A DNA stretch of 64,000 bases, taken from contig OZ253564.1 in the NCBI GenBank assembly GCA_965262915.1, forward strand, positions 384,001 to 448,000, in the 5' to 3' direction. Positions 30,670 to 40,186 of the stretch are shown here, piece after piece. The translations under genes were made by a program, and so were the position numbers. The first letter of the stretch is position 1. Every line of letters begins with the position of its first letter. The DNA is from Candidatus Spongiisociaceae bacterium. GTDB lineage: Bacteria; Actinomycetota; Acidimicrobiia; Spongiisociales; Spongiisociaceae. The notes beneath the pieces are model-generated. The model was not told where the DNA came from, searched no databases, and saw only the letters and a program-made list of their open reading frames with translations.

Positions 30670-30975
30670 GTGTCAGGTGTCAGGTGTCAGGTGCCGGGTG
30701 TTAGGTGTTAGTGGTCAGTGGTCAGCATCAAATAACAAATAATAGCGGCTAGAAGCATGTTAAGACCTTCACTGGCCACTAGCCCTGATTCCTCAGACAC
30801 ACGGGCCCGATGTTCCACTACCGGCCGGGGGAAGTCGACAGGTGCGCTCAGTCGCCGCTCACCATCCCTCAGGACCAAGCGGACCTCCCGACCCTTGCCC
30901 AGTAGCCGGTTGTCCGTAACGAGTGGTATTCGTTCCCTGGCACCTGGCACCTGGCACCTGACACCTGGCACCTAG
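30666..30975. repeat. Segment bounded by inverted arrays of heptamer repeats (AGGTGYC)n, with CTAG at both ends
   Basis: CTAGGTGTCAGGTGTCAGGTGTCAGGTGCC at left; CCTGGCACCTGGCACCTGGCACCTGACACCTGGCACCTAG at right. Confidence 0.8.
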
Positions 30976-31886
30976 AAGTCGATCGTCAGTCCCTGGTAGA
31001 TGGGGTCGTAGTAGCCACCGCCCTCGAGGTAGTCCGGATTCCACACTCTCGTAGCGTCGTCGTTCTCCCGGTAGACGAACGGTGAGCGATGGAGCCGCTC
31101 CCGGTGGAAGCGACCCTCCCGACCCGCCGGTATGTCGGTTCCGCTTCCGTACAGGAGGAGGCCGCCCTCGGCGTAGACCTCGTGCTGCGGGTCGACGTCC
31201 CGGTACTCATGGCTGGCGTTGATCAGCTTGTGTCCGAGTTCGTGGGCAATGGTTTTCCAGGACGTCGGTTGGGACAGGTCGGCGAGCGTGATCACCCCCC
31301 TTATGTGGCGGGGGAGGATCTCCCCGTACGAGTAGCCGGGAAAGGACATCGCGCGGGTGGCCAGCGTCTTGCGCTGCCACGTCCGCTGGTCGAGTTGCTC
31401 GTAGAAGGACATGAAGACGTCTTGGAGAATGACGATATGGATCCGGCGGTCGCGGTCGGGGCCATCCGGGATCACCGTCTCGAAGACCGATCGTGCCTCG
31501 TCGGACATGCGGACGGGCCGTTCCTGACGCTCCTCGTACGGGTTGGCGTACCGGCTGCCCGGTAACTCCGAGCCGGGTGCCTCGGCCTGGACCGAGAGGA
31601 GAGAAGGATCGATCGAGCCGGTCCGGACCGACACCACAGCGAGCTGCACCCCTGCCCGCCGGAAGACCCGCTTGGCTTCGGCCAACCCGTCGAGGACCGC
31701 CTCCAGCCGCACCTTCCTCCGATGCGCCGGGCGTAGGTTGTCCGGGTAGTAGACAGCGATGTCGACGGTCGGCTCGCCGTCGGCCAGGTCGGCGTTGAAG
31801 CCATCGGGATCGACGGGACTCTCGACGCCCCACAGGGTCCGCCCCGCGGTGGGACCGCCGGCCGGTGTATCTTCACCTACGTGCAT
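30972..31886 (-). CDS. Hypothetical zinc metallopeptidase-like protein
   Basis: TIAHELGHKLINASHE (HExxH plus downstream His); start uncertain. Confidence 0.7.
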   Translation of the reverse strand: MHVGEDTPAGGPTAGRTLWGVESPVDPDGFNADLADGEPTVDIAVYYPDNLRPAHRRKVRLEAVLDGLAEAKRVFRRAGVQLAVVSVRTGSIDPSLLSVQAEAPGSELPGSRYANPYEERQERPVRMSDEARSVFETVIPDGPDRDRRIHIVILQDVFMSFYEQLDQRTWQRKTLATRAMSFPGYSYGEILPRHIRGVITLADLSQPTSWKTIAHELGHKLINASHEYRDVDPQHEVYAEGGLLLYGSGTDIPAGREGRFHRERLHRSPFVYRENDDATRVWNPDYLEGGGYYDPIYQGLTIDF

Positions 31887-32038
31887 CGATACCAGTGCTC
31901 CCTCCGCGACGTGACGGCGTTGTGTCCGCGTCCTGATCGTACGCGACGCCGGCCCGGCCATGCAGCGGCCCGGGCCGCCCGCATGACCAAGCCCGCTGTC
32001 GGTCGCGCCCTTGGGACCTCCGGGCCCGGGAGTTCGGG

Positions 32039-34111
32039 ATGACAACCGCGGCGGTCGTCCCGGGGCGCCTCCCACCGCCGCACGGATCGCCGGGAGCCAC
32101 AACCCTGCTGGAGGTCGAGAATCTATCGGTGCGGTTCGAATTACCGACCGAGACGGTGCACGCCGTGAGCGGGATAAGCCTCACCGTCGCTCCCAGCGAG
32201 ACATTCGCCCTGGTGGGAGAGTCGGGGTCCGGCAAAAGCGTCTCGATGCTCTCCGTGATGGGACTGCTTCCCACGCCGCCGGCGGTGGTGTCCGGCGCCA
32301 TCCGTCTGGAGGGCCGCGAGATCCTCGGGATGCCGGGGCGGGAGTTGAACCGGTTCAGGGGCCGGGACGTGGCGATGGTGTTCCAGGAACCGATGTCGTC
32401 GCTGAACCCGGTCCATAGGGTCGGTCGCCAGATCGGGGAGAGCCTCCGGATCCATCATCGAGTGAGCCGGTCAGAAGCTCGCCGGCAGGCCGTCCGCCTG
32501 CTGGACCGGGTCGGGATACCGGCGGCCGCCACGAGGGTGGACGACTACCCGCACGAGTTCTCGGGCGGCATGCGGCAACGGGCGATGATCGCCATGGCGC
32601 TTGCGTGCAACCCCAAACTCCTCATCGCCGACGAGCCGACGACCGCCCTCGACGTGACGGTGCAGGCCCAGATCGTCGACCTGGTCCGGGAGCTGCAGGA
32701 CGAGTACCGGTTGGCGGTCGTGTGGATCACCCACGACCTCGGCGTCGTGGCGGAGATCGCCGATCGGGTGGCGGTGATGTACGCGGGCCGGATACTGGAG
32801 ACCGGTCCGGCCGGGGACATCTACCGCTCGACCCGGCATCCCTACACCTCGGGCCTGCTCCGGTCGATACCCAGGATGGATCGCCCGGTGGCCTCCCGCC
32901 TGGCGGAGATACCGGGGTCCCCGCTCAGGGTGGCGGAGCAACTCCGCGGATGCCCGTTCCACGAGCGCTGCCCATTGGTGGGGGAAGGTTGCCGCGAAGC
33001 CCTCCCCGAGTTGGTCGAGGTGGGATCCGCCCGGCACCGATCAGCCTGTATCCACCACGAGATGATGGGTCCCTCGTCCGCTCTCTGGCCGGAGGAGCCC
33101 GCGGACGCGTCCGACCGAACCGGCCAGGGCGCCGGCGAGACGGTGATCTCGGTGCGGGGGCTCCGGGTGTACTACCCGGTCCACAGGGCACTTGGCCGAT
33201 CCCGGCGGGCGGTCGTGCGGGCCGTCGACGGCGTCGACCTCGACGTGAGGAGGGGTCGGACCGTCGGGGTGGTGGGGGAGAGCGGCTGCGGAAAGACGAC
33301 CTTGGGCCGGGCCCTGGTCGCCCTGGTGCGCCCGACCGCCGGGACCATCGAGATCAACGGCCGCCCGATCGACCATCGGAGCGGGCGGCACCGGCGGGCG
33401 GTGCAGATGATCTTCCAGGATCCGTTCTCCGCCATGAACCCCGGGATGAGAGTGGCAGACGTGATCGCCGAGCCCCTCCGGATCCATCGCGTCGCCGGAC
33501 CCGACGAGATCCGTGCCCGGGTATCCGAGCTGCTCGATCTGGTGGGCCTGCCGCCCGACTCAGGCAAGCGGTATCCGCACGAGTTCAGCGGCGGGCAGCG
33601 GCAGCGCATCGCCATCGCCCGGGCTCTGGCGGCCGAGCCCGAGGTGATCGTCTGCGACGAACCGGTCTCCTCCCTCGATGTCTCGGTGCAGGCACAGGTG
33701 GTGAACCTGCTGGCGGACCTGCAGACCAGGACGGGGACGGCTCTGGTCTTCATAGCCCACGACCTGGCTGTGGTGCGCCACATCTCGCACGAGGTGGCTG
33801 TCATGTACCTGGGCGAGATCGTGGAGCGGGCCGACCGGGATCGCCTGTATGCGGCGCCACTCCATCCGTACACCAAGGCGCTGCTCGATGCGGTCCCCGT
33901 TCCGGAACCGGGCATCCTGGATGGCACGGCCCGTACCCGACTCCTCGGGGATCTTCCCAGCCCGGCAGATCCGCCGTCCGGCTGCCGTTTCCATACCCGA
34001 TGCCCGGTGGCGATCGAAGGCCTGTGCTCGACCGTCAAGCCGGAGCTTGCGGAGGCCACCCCGGGACGTTGGGTGTCGTGCCATCTCGTCAACCCGCCCG
34101 AGCGTGGGTGA
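32039..34111 (+). CDS. Peptide/nickel ABC transporter, fused double ATPase (DppD-DppF type)
   Basis: Two Walker A motifs (GESGSGKS, GESGCGKT), two SGG signatures, Cys-rich C-terminal motifs. Confidence 0.95.
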   Translation: MTTAAVVPGRLPPPHGSPGATTLLEVENLSVRFELPTETVHAVSGISLTVAPSETFALVGESGSGKSVSMLSVMGLLPTPPAVVSGAIRLEGREILGMPGRELNRFRGRDVAMVFQEPMSSLNPVHRVGRQIGESLRIHHRVSRSEARRQAVRLLDRVGIPAAATRVDDYPHEFSGGMRQRAMIAMALACNPKLLIADEPTTALDVTVQAQIVDLVRELQDEYRLAVVWITHDLGVVAEIADRVAVMYAGRILETGPAGDIYRSTRHPYTSGLLRSIPRMDRPVASRLAEIPGSPLRVAEQLRGCPFHERCPLVGEGCREALPELVEVGSARHRSACIHHEMMGPSSALWPEEPADASDRTGQGAGETVISVRGLRVYYPVHRALGRSRRAVVRAVDGVDLDVRRGRTVGVVGESGCGKTTLGRALVALVRPTAGTIEINGRPIDHRSGRHRRAVQMIFQDPFSAMNPGMRVADVIAEPLRIHRVAGPDEIRARVSELLDLVGLPPDSGKRYPHEFSGGQRQRIAIARALAAEPEVIVCDEPVSSLDVSVQAQVVNLLADLQTRTGTALVFIAHDLAVVRHISHEVAVMYLGEIVERADRDRLYAAPLHPYTKALLDAVPVPEPGILDGTARTRLLGDLPSPADPPSGCRFHTRCPVAIEGLCSTVKPELAEATPGRWVSCHLVNPPERG

Positions 34112-34148
34112 CGCTGGACCATCCCAACGGCCTCGACTCCAGCGGTTA

Positions 34149-34249
34149 GGAGGGTGGTCCGAAACGGTGGGGAGCAACGGCCCGTCTTCCTCTGAACAGG
34201 CATTATCTCATCGGTCGACGGGCCGGGAAGGGGTTTCACACCACCCTCC
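34149..34249. mobile_element. MITE family A copy
   Basis: TA-GGAGGGTGGT...ACCACCCTCC-TA perfect 10-bp TIR. Confidence 0.85.
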
Positions 34250-34476
34250 TAGATCCCCGACCCCGACAGGAGTCGTCGCCAGGAAGCACGCTGCCACCTG
34301 ATCGCAGCGGCCTCGTTCCGGCAGATTCCGCACGTAGCACGGGGCAGGGCCTACTTTTGGCCGACGCCATGGCTATATCCTGGGTACGCTCCTATGCGTG
34401 CTGGGAGGGATACGCACCCGGTAGCCGAATTACATCGACAACCCCCTGGCGGGAGGGGGAAAGGGGACCGAGAAAA

Positions 34477-36294
34477 ATGCAACGGCTGATCCAGTCCAGG
34501 AGCATGCCGCTCCTAGTCGTTCTCGCTCTGGCGGTGATCGCCTGCGGGGGTGATGAGACAGAACCCGAGCCGGCGCCGGCCACGGTTGCTACAGGCGCGC
34601 CGGCCACGACGCAACCAGCCGTCCCGCCTACGACCGTAACGGCGGCGCCCTCCGGGACGGACGAGACGCCCACTACCACGGAGGCTGAGGCCACTACCAC
34701 CGAAGCTGAGGCCACTACCACCAGCGCGGCGCCAACTCCGGAGCCGCCCCCCGCCGAACCCGTGAGGATGCGTGCGGCGGTCACTGGTGATGAGGCAACC
34801 CTCAACCCCTACACGTACATCAGCGGCTTCCCGGGCTGGAACCTGCTCATGCTGCAGTACGACTCGCTGATGCAACTCGACAAGAACGGGGTTCCGCGGC
34901 CCTGGCTGGCGTCCAGCGTCTCCGTCAATGAGGATCTGACGCAGTACTCCGTCACGCTGGTCGAGGGCGTCACCTTTCACGACGGTGAGCCCCTTACGGC
35001 CGACGACGTGGACTTCAGCGTCGACTTCTACGTGAACAACGTCGAGGCGAGTAGGTTCGCCCGTGACTTCAGCGGGGTCGAAGATGTCGTTGTGACGGAC
35101 GACTACAACCTGACCTTCGTTCTTGCGGCCCCCAACGCCGGCTTCGAGCTGGCCGCACTGGCTGACGCGCCCATCATCCCGCGCCACATATGGGAGGGCG
35201 TCGAGCTCCCCTCCGAGCACCAGTTCGAGGGCGGTACCAACATCGGGACCGGTCCCTACAAGCTGGTCGAGTACGTGGAGGGGCAGAGTTACCGTTTCGC
35301 GGCCAACCCCGACTACTTCCGGGGCGCTCCTGCGGTTGACGAGCTCGTTGTGATCGTCTTTGCAGACGACACGGGGTCCCAGGCCGCGATCAGGACCGGG
35401 GAAGTGGACGTGATCTTTGAGCGGATCCCGCCCGAGCAGATCGGCCTTCTTGACTCCCAGGATCCTCTGGACGTCATCCTCGGACCGGAGTTCACCACCC
35501 AGATGATCAACTACGACGCCTCGAAGCGCCCCTTCGACGACGTGGTGGTCCGCCAAGCCATCAACCTGGCCATGAACCGCCAGGACATCGTCGACACGGT
35601 CTTCCTCGGGGCGGCCACCGTGGGCAGTCCTGGTTGGATCCATCCCGGCCATCCGTCCTATAACCCGGATATAGCCACCGTCTACGACCCGGCCGCTGCC
35701 AACGCTTTGCTCGACGGGGCCGGTTATCTCGACAGTGATGGTGACGGCGTGCGGGAGTTCGACGGGCAACCCATGTCGTTCGAGATCATCACCAACTCCC
35801 CCGATTCGCTCCGGCTGCGGATAGCCGAGTTGACCGTGGAGATGCTGGCGGCGATCGGCATCCGCACCTCGGTGTCGGCGGTCGAGACCGGAACATGGGA
35901 GCAGGCCGTCTGGCCGGGTTTCGACGTCAACAACGGCCGCAACTACGACATCGCGATGTGGGGCTGGTCAGCGCCTGTGCAGGCCGACCCGCTGCGACTG
36001 CCATGGTTGGTCCACAGCTCTACGGCCTCGGGGTTCCTCAACCTGACCGGCTACGGCAACGCCGAGATGGACGCGCTCTCCGAGGCGCTGCCTCTGGAGC
36101 CCGATGCGGCGGAACGGAACGCAATCCTGGGCCGTATGCAGGAAATCATCGCCGAGGACCTGCCGTTCGTGCTGCTCCTCTATCCGGACGGCGCCTACGT
36201 CTACAACTCCAGCGTCTACTCGGACTGGGAGTTCATCGCCGGGCAGGGCATCGTCAGCAAGTTGTCTCTGCTTCCGCCATCCGCGCGCCCTTAG
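34477..36294 (+). CDS. ABC transporter substrate-binding lipoprotein (family 5)
   Basis: Lipobox VIAC, Thr/Ala linker, FHDGEPLTADDV, GTGPYKL. Confidence 0.93.
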   Translation: MQRLIQSRSMPLLVVLALAVIACGGDETEPEPAPATVATGAPATTQPAVPPTTVTAAPSGTDETPTTTEAEATTTEAEATTTSAAPTPEPPPAEPVRMRAAVTGDEATLNPYTYISGFPGWNLLMLQYDSLMQLDKNGVPRPWLASSVSVNEDLTQYSVTLVEGVTFHDGEPLTADDVDFSVDFYVNNVEASRFARDFSGVEDVVVTDDYNLTFVLAAPNAGFELAALADAPIIPRHIWEGVELPSEHQFEGGTNIGTGPYKLVEYVEGQSYRFAANPDYFRGAPAVDELVVIVFADDTGSQAAIRTGEVDVIFERIPPEQIGLLDSQDPLDVILGPEFTTQMINYDASKRPFDDVVVRQAINLAMNRQDIVDTVFLGAATVGSPGWIHPGHPSYNPDIATVYDPAAANALLDGAGYLDSDGDGVREFDGQPMSFEIITNSPDSLRLRIAELTVEMLAAIGIRTSVSAVETGTWEQAVWPGFDVNNGRNYDIAMWGWSAPVQADPLRLPWLVHSSTASGFLNLTGYGNAEMDALSEALPLEPDAAERNAILGRMQEIIAEDLPFVLLLYPDGAYVYNSSVYSDWEFIAGQGIVSKLSLLPPSARP

Positions 36295-36329
36295 GGCGCG
36301 CGGACCCGCGGCCAAGTTGAGTTGACGGG

Positions 36330-37304
36330 TTGAGACGGCGTATCGACGTCCGTCGACTGGCCCAGTACGGGGTGGTCGTCGTGGTGGCGGTGACCCTGAA
36401 CTTCCTGCTACCCAGGCTGATGCCCGGCAACCCGCTGGTCCTGATCGCGGGGGTGGACGTCGGTCTTCTGAGCCCTGAGCAGCGGGCGGAGATCGTGGCC
36501 CGCGTGGGTTTGGACGCGCCACTCTGGAAGCAGTACCTCCGCTATTGGGGGGACATATTCACCGGAGACTTCGGGTACTCGTTCCGGTCGAGCCGGCCCA
36601 TCGTCGATATGATCTGGGATCGGCTCCCGTGGACCTTGCTGATCACGGGGCTGTCGCTGATCGTATCGGCAGTGGTGGGGGTGGTCCTGGGGGCTGTCTC
36701 GGCGTGGCGGAGGGGCACCAAAAGCGACCTGGGCCTACTCTCGGGGATGATCTCGATCGAGTCTCTGCCCTCCTTCTGGTTGGGCATGGTCCTGATCTCG
36801 ATCTTCGCTGTCCAGTGGGGCTTGCTGCCGTCGTTCGGCGCCGTGACCCCCGCTTCCGACCTCGTCGGGTGGGCCCACACTTGGGACATCATCAGACATG
36901 CCATTCTGCCGGTGGTCACCCTGTCGGTCCTGGCGACACCCGGTGTCTACATGACAATGCGCTACTCGATGCTCGAGACTCTCGGGGAGGATTACATCCG
37001 CACCGCCAGAGCCAAGGGCGCCGGTGAGCGGAGGGTGCTCTTCGGGCACGTCGCCCGCAACACCATCGCCCCGGTGGTCACTGTGCTTGCCCTCCGGTTC
37101 GGATTTGCCTTCGGCGGCACGGTCATCATCGAGACGGTCTTCACCTATCCAGGGCTGGGGCGGCTCGTGTTCGAGGCGGTGTCAGGCCGTGACTATCCGG
37201 TCATGCAGGCGGCCTTCCTGGTCTTCACAGCGGCGGTGCTGGTGGCCAACCTGGCGGCCGACTTACTCTATCCCCTGATCGATCCCCGGACCAGGGCATC
37301 ATGA
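36330..37304 (+). CDS. ABC transporter permease (DppB-like)
   Basis: GDFGYS, EDYIRTARAKG, IETVFTYPGLG. Confidence 0.95.
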   Translation: MRRRIDVRRLAQYGVVVVVAVTLNFLLPRLMPGNPLVLIAGVDVGLLSPEQRAEIVARVGLDAPLWKQYLRYWGDIFTGDFGYSFRSSRPIVDMIWDRLPWTLLITGLSLIVSAVVGVVLGAVSAWRRGTKSDLGLLSGMISIESLPSFWLGMVLISIFAVQWGLLPSFGAVTPASDLVGWAHTWDIIRHAILPVVTLSVLATPGVYMTMRYSMLETLGEDYIRTARAKGAGERRVLFGHVARNTIAPVVTVLALRFGFAFGGTVIIETVFTYPGLGRLVFEAVSGRDYPVMQAAFLVFTAAVLVANLAADLLYPLIDPRTRAS

Positions 37305-38167
37305 CCCTTGCCGAGGAGCAGGACGGCGTGGTGAGGCGGACCATACGTCGCCGTTCCCGGCTCCCCGTGCTCTTCGGGGTGAGCGGAGGAACGATCGTAG
37401 GAGTGCTCGTATGTGGGGCGGTGTTCGCCCCCTGGCTGGCGCCCTACGACCCGTCCGAGCGGGTGGCGACCCCCTTCCTTCCGCCCAGTCCGGACCACCT
37501 GCTCGGTACCAACGACGTCGGCCAGGACCTCCTCTCGGAACTCATCTTCGGAGCCCGGGTATCTCTGTCGATCGGGATAATTGCCGCGGCGGTCGCCCTG
37601 CTGATCGGAACGGCGGTAGGAGTGGTGGCGGGGTACTACCCCAAACGGTTGGGGGCGGTGATGATGCGGGGCGTCGACGTGATCCTCATCCTGCCATTCC
37701 TGCCGCTGCTCATCGTGCTCGCCGCCTATCTCGGGCGGAGCCTGCTCAACACGATTCTGGTGATCGGAGTCCTGATCTGGGCTGAGCCGGCTCGTATCAT
37801 CCGATCGCAGGTACTCTCCCTCCGGGCGCGCGAGTACGTGCTAGCGGCCCGCTCGATGGGCGCTCCGGACCGCTGGACCATACTCCGCCACATCGTGCCG
37901 CGGACCGCTCTGCTGGCCACGGGCTCCTTCGTGCGGGCGGTTTCGGGGGCGATCCTGCTGGAGGCGGCGCTCAGCTTCCTCGGTCTCGGCGATCCCATCC
38001 AGAAGAGCTGGGGATCGACCCTGTTCTGGGCCCAGAACCGAGGGGCCTTCCTCACGCCGGCGTGGAAGTGGTGGGTACTGCCGCCCGGGCTACTGATCAT
38101 GCTGGCATCCCTCGGGTTCGCGCTCATCGCCTTCTCGCTCGAGGACCGCATCAACCCGCGTCTCTAG
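37301..38167 (+). CDS. ABC transporter permease (DppC-like)
   Basis: LLGTNDVGQD, EYVLAARSMG, EAALSFLGLG. Confidence 0.95.
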   Translation: MTLAEEQDGVVRRTIRRRSRLPVLFGVSGGTIVGVLVCGAVFAPWLAPYDPSERVATPFLPPSPDHLLGTNDVGQDLLSELIFGARVSLSIGIIAAAVALLIGTAVGVVAGYYPKRLGAVMMRGVDVILILPFLPLLIVLAAYLGRSLLNTILVIGVLIWAEPARIIRSQVLSLRAREYVLAARSMGAPDRWTILRHIVPRTALLATGSFVRAVSGAILLEAALSFLGLGDPIQKSWGSTLFWAQNRGAFLTPAWKWWVLPPGLLIMLASLGFALIAFSLEDRINPRL

Positions 38168-38296
38168 GAGAGTCGGCAGGGGATGAATGTATGGAGAGGT
38201 CGTGGAGGTTGTACACAGCCGGGAATGTTCGCGTACCGTCCCCTCTTCCCAGCCTGATAGCCTTTGCGAACATAGCCATGGTTGAGGGGCGACTGT

Positions 38297-40039
38297 TTGA
38301 CTGGGGCACGCGACGACGAAAAGATCCGCTACGAGCCGGACGATAGCCCACCCTCTTTAGTAGCCATTGGCGCTGGTTTTCAGTCGGCTATGGTAATCGT
38401 TGCGCCGGTGGTCTTGACCGTGGTCATTGTGGCTCGCATTGCCGAACAGCCCGAGAGTTACGTATCGTGGGCCGTCTTTGCGGCACTGCTGGTCAGCGGA
38501 GTCACGACCGTTCTCCAGGCCGTCGGGGTCGGACGGGTCGGAGCCAGGCATGTGCTCATCATGGGTACCTCAGGGGCCTTCATCGCGGTCTGTGTGGCGG
38601 CCCTGGTAGGAGGCGGTCCTTCCACGATGGCGAGCCTGATCGTGGTCTCGTCGCTGTTCCAGTTCATGCTGGCAGCCCGGCTCTCGCTGCTGCGCCGCAT
38701 ATTTACTCCGGTTGTCTCGGGCACTGTGATCATGCTGATAGCAGCCACGGTCCTGCCGATCGTCTTCGCTTCGCTGACCGACGTGCCCGATGGCGCATCG
38801 CCGGCTGCCGCTCCGGCAGCCGCTGTGGCCACACTGGCTGTCGTCGGAGCCCTTGTGCTGCGTGCTCCCTTGGCATGGCGGCTATGGTCGCCGGTCATCG
38901 GCATAGCGGTGGGTTGTGCGGTGGCCGTGCCCTTCGGGCTGTACGACGCGCAGCAGGTGTTGGACGCGCCGTGGTTCGGCATCTCTCCGGGCGCCTGGCC
39001 GGGATTGGATCTGACCCCGGGTCCGCAGTTCTGGGCACTGCTGCCGGCGTTCGTGGTGGTCACCCTCGTCGGCGCGGTGGAAACCATCGGCGACGGGGTA
39101 GCAATTCAAAGGGTGTCCCGACGCAATCCGCGGGCAACCGATTTCCGGGTGGTCCAGGGCGCTCTGAACGCCGACGGCGTGGGAAATCTGCTCTCGGGTA
39201 TTGCCGGAACGCTTCCCAATACGACCTACTCCTCCAGCATTTCTCTTGTCGAGGTCACGGGAATCGCCACACGGCGGGTAGGCGTCGTCATCGGTGCAGT
39301 CTTCGTGGGGGTGGCCTTCCTCCCCAAAGCTACGGCCTTGCTGATAGCCATACCCAGCCCGGTGGCCGCCGCCTACGTGACCGTCCTTCTGGGAATGCTC
39401 TTCGTCCAGGGTATGAGGATCATCATTCAAGATGGTGTCGACCACCGGAAGGCCACCGTTGCAGGATTGTCGTTCTTGATCGGCGTGGGCTTTCAGAACA
39501 AGTGGATCTTTCCCGACCTGCTGGGAGATGGATTCTTGGGTGTACTGCTCGGCAACGGCATGACGTCCGGCGCTCTCGTCGCGGTCGTCATGATGGTGTT
39601 CATAGAACTGACCGCCCCCAGGCGCAAGCGTCTGGAGGTTGAATTGAACCGGGACGCCCTGGCGAAACTGGCGCACTTCCTGCGCGGGTTCGCATCCAGG
39701 GCCGGATGGGACTCGGCTTCGGCCGAGCGCCTGGTCCTGGTCGGAGAGGAAACACTGTCCAGCCTGTTCTCGGAGGAAGGCGAATACCTGGCGGATGATG
39801 GCGCTCGGCGTCTGGTCGTAACCGCCCGCCCCGACGGCGCCGGGGCGCAACTGGAGTTCGTGTCGGCAGCCGAGGGGGAGAACTTGGAGGACCGGCTGGC
39901 GTATCTGGGAGAAACGCCGGAGATACCGGACGGTCGGGAAATATCCTTCCGCCTGTTACACCACTATTCCTCCTCGGTACGCCACCAGAAGTATCACGGC
40001 GTGGACATCGTTACGGTGCAGGTGGAAGGCTCGCGCTAG
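38297..40039 (+). CDS. NCS2 (xanthine/uracil permease family) transporter with ~140-aa C-terminal soluble domain
   Basis: GTSGAF, VETIGD, GALNADG, PNTTY; TTG start after GAGGGG. Confidence 0.88.
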   Translation: MTGARDDEKIRYEPDDSPPSLVAIGAGFQSAMVIVAPVVLTVVIVARIAEQPESYVSWAVFAALLVSGVTTVLQAVGVGRVGARHVLIMGTSGAFIAVCVAALVGGGPSTMASLIVVSSLFQFMLAARLSLLRRIFTPVVSGTVIMLIAATVLPIVFASLTDVPDGASPAAAPAAAVATLAVVGALVLRAPLAWRLWSPVIGIAVGCAVAVPFGLYDAQQVLDAPWFGISPGAWPGLDLTPGPQFWALLPAFVVVTLVGAVETIGDGVAIQRVSRRNPRATDFRVVQGALNADGVGNLLSGIAGTLPNTTYSSSISLVEVTGIATRRVGVVIGAVFVGVAFLPKATALLIAIPSPVAAAYVTVLLGMLFVQGMRIIIQDGVDHRKATVAGLSFLIGVGFQNKWIFPDLLGDGFLGVLLGNGMTSGALVAVVMMVFIELTAPRRKRLEVELNRDALAKLAHFLRGFASRAGWDSASAERLVLVGEETLSSLFSEEGEYLADDGARRLVVTARPDGAGAQLEFVSAAEGENLEDRLAYLGETPEIPDGREISFRLLHHYSSSVRHQKYHGVDIVTVQVEGSR

Positions 40040-40151
40040 GAGGGTGCTGAAAAACCCGGTGCAAAGGGGTTCGCCCGCTAGCCCGCAACGCTCAGACCAG
40101 GTAGTTTTGCCAACCAGCGAACCCCGCAAGATTCGTTTTTGAGCATCCTCC
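40039..40151. mobile_element. MITE with family A TIRs and a different interior
   Basis: TA-GGAGGGTGCTGAAAAAC...GTTTTTGAGCATCCTCC-TA; overlaps the TAG stop of the permease. Confidence 0.8.
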
Positions 40152-40186
40152 TAGTTCGTCACCGGCGAGAGCGAGCCCTCCGCCGG

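Noticed and set aside
30631-30905. Diverged repeat pair as a DGR template/variable region
   Set aside because: Mismatches are at third codon positions rather than adenines, and no reverse transcriptase is present.
30666-30975. CRISPR array or tRNA genes after gyrA
   Set aside because: Repeats are contiguous 7-mers without spacers, there are no cas genes, and no cloverleaf or T-loop motif was seen.
34660-34730. Tandem repeats in the binding-protein gene (TTTEAEA) and similar Ala/Thr repeats at 13390-13650 and 11920-11960
   Set aside because: They are ordinary low-complexity linkers of lipoproteins and membrane proteins.
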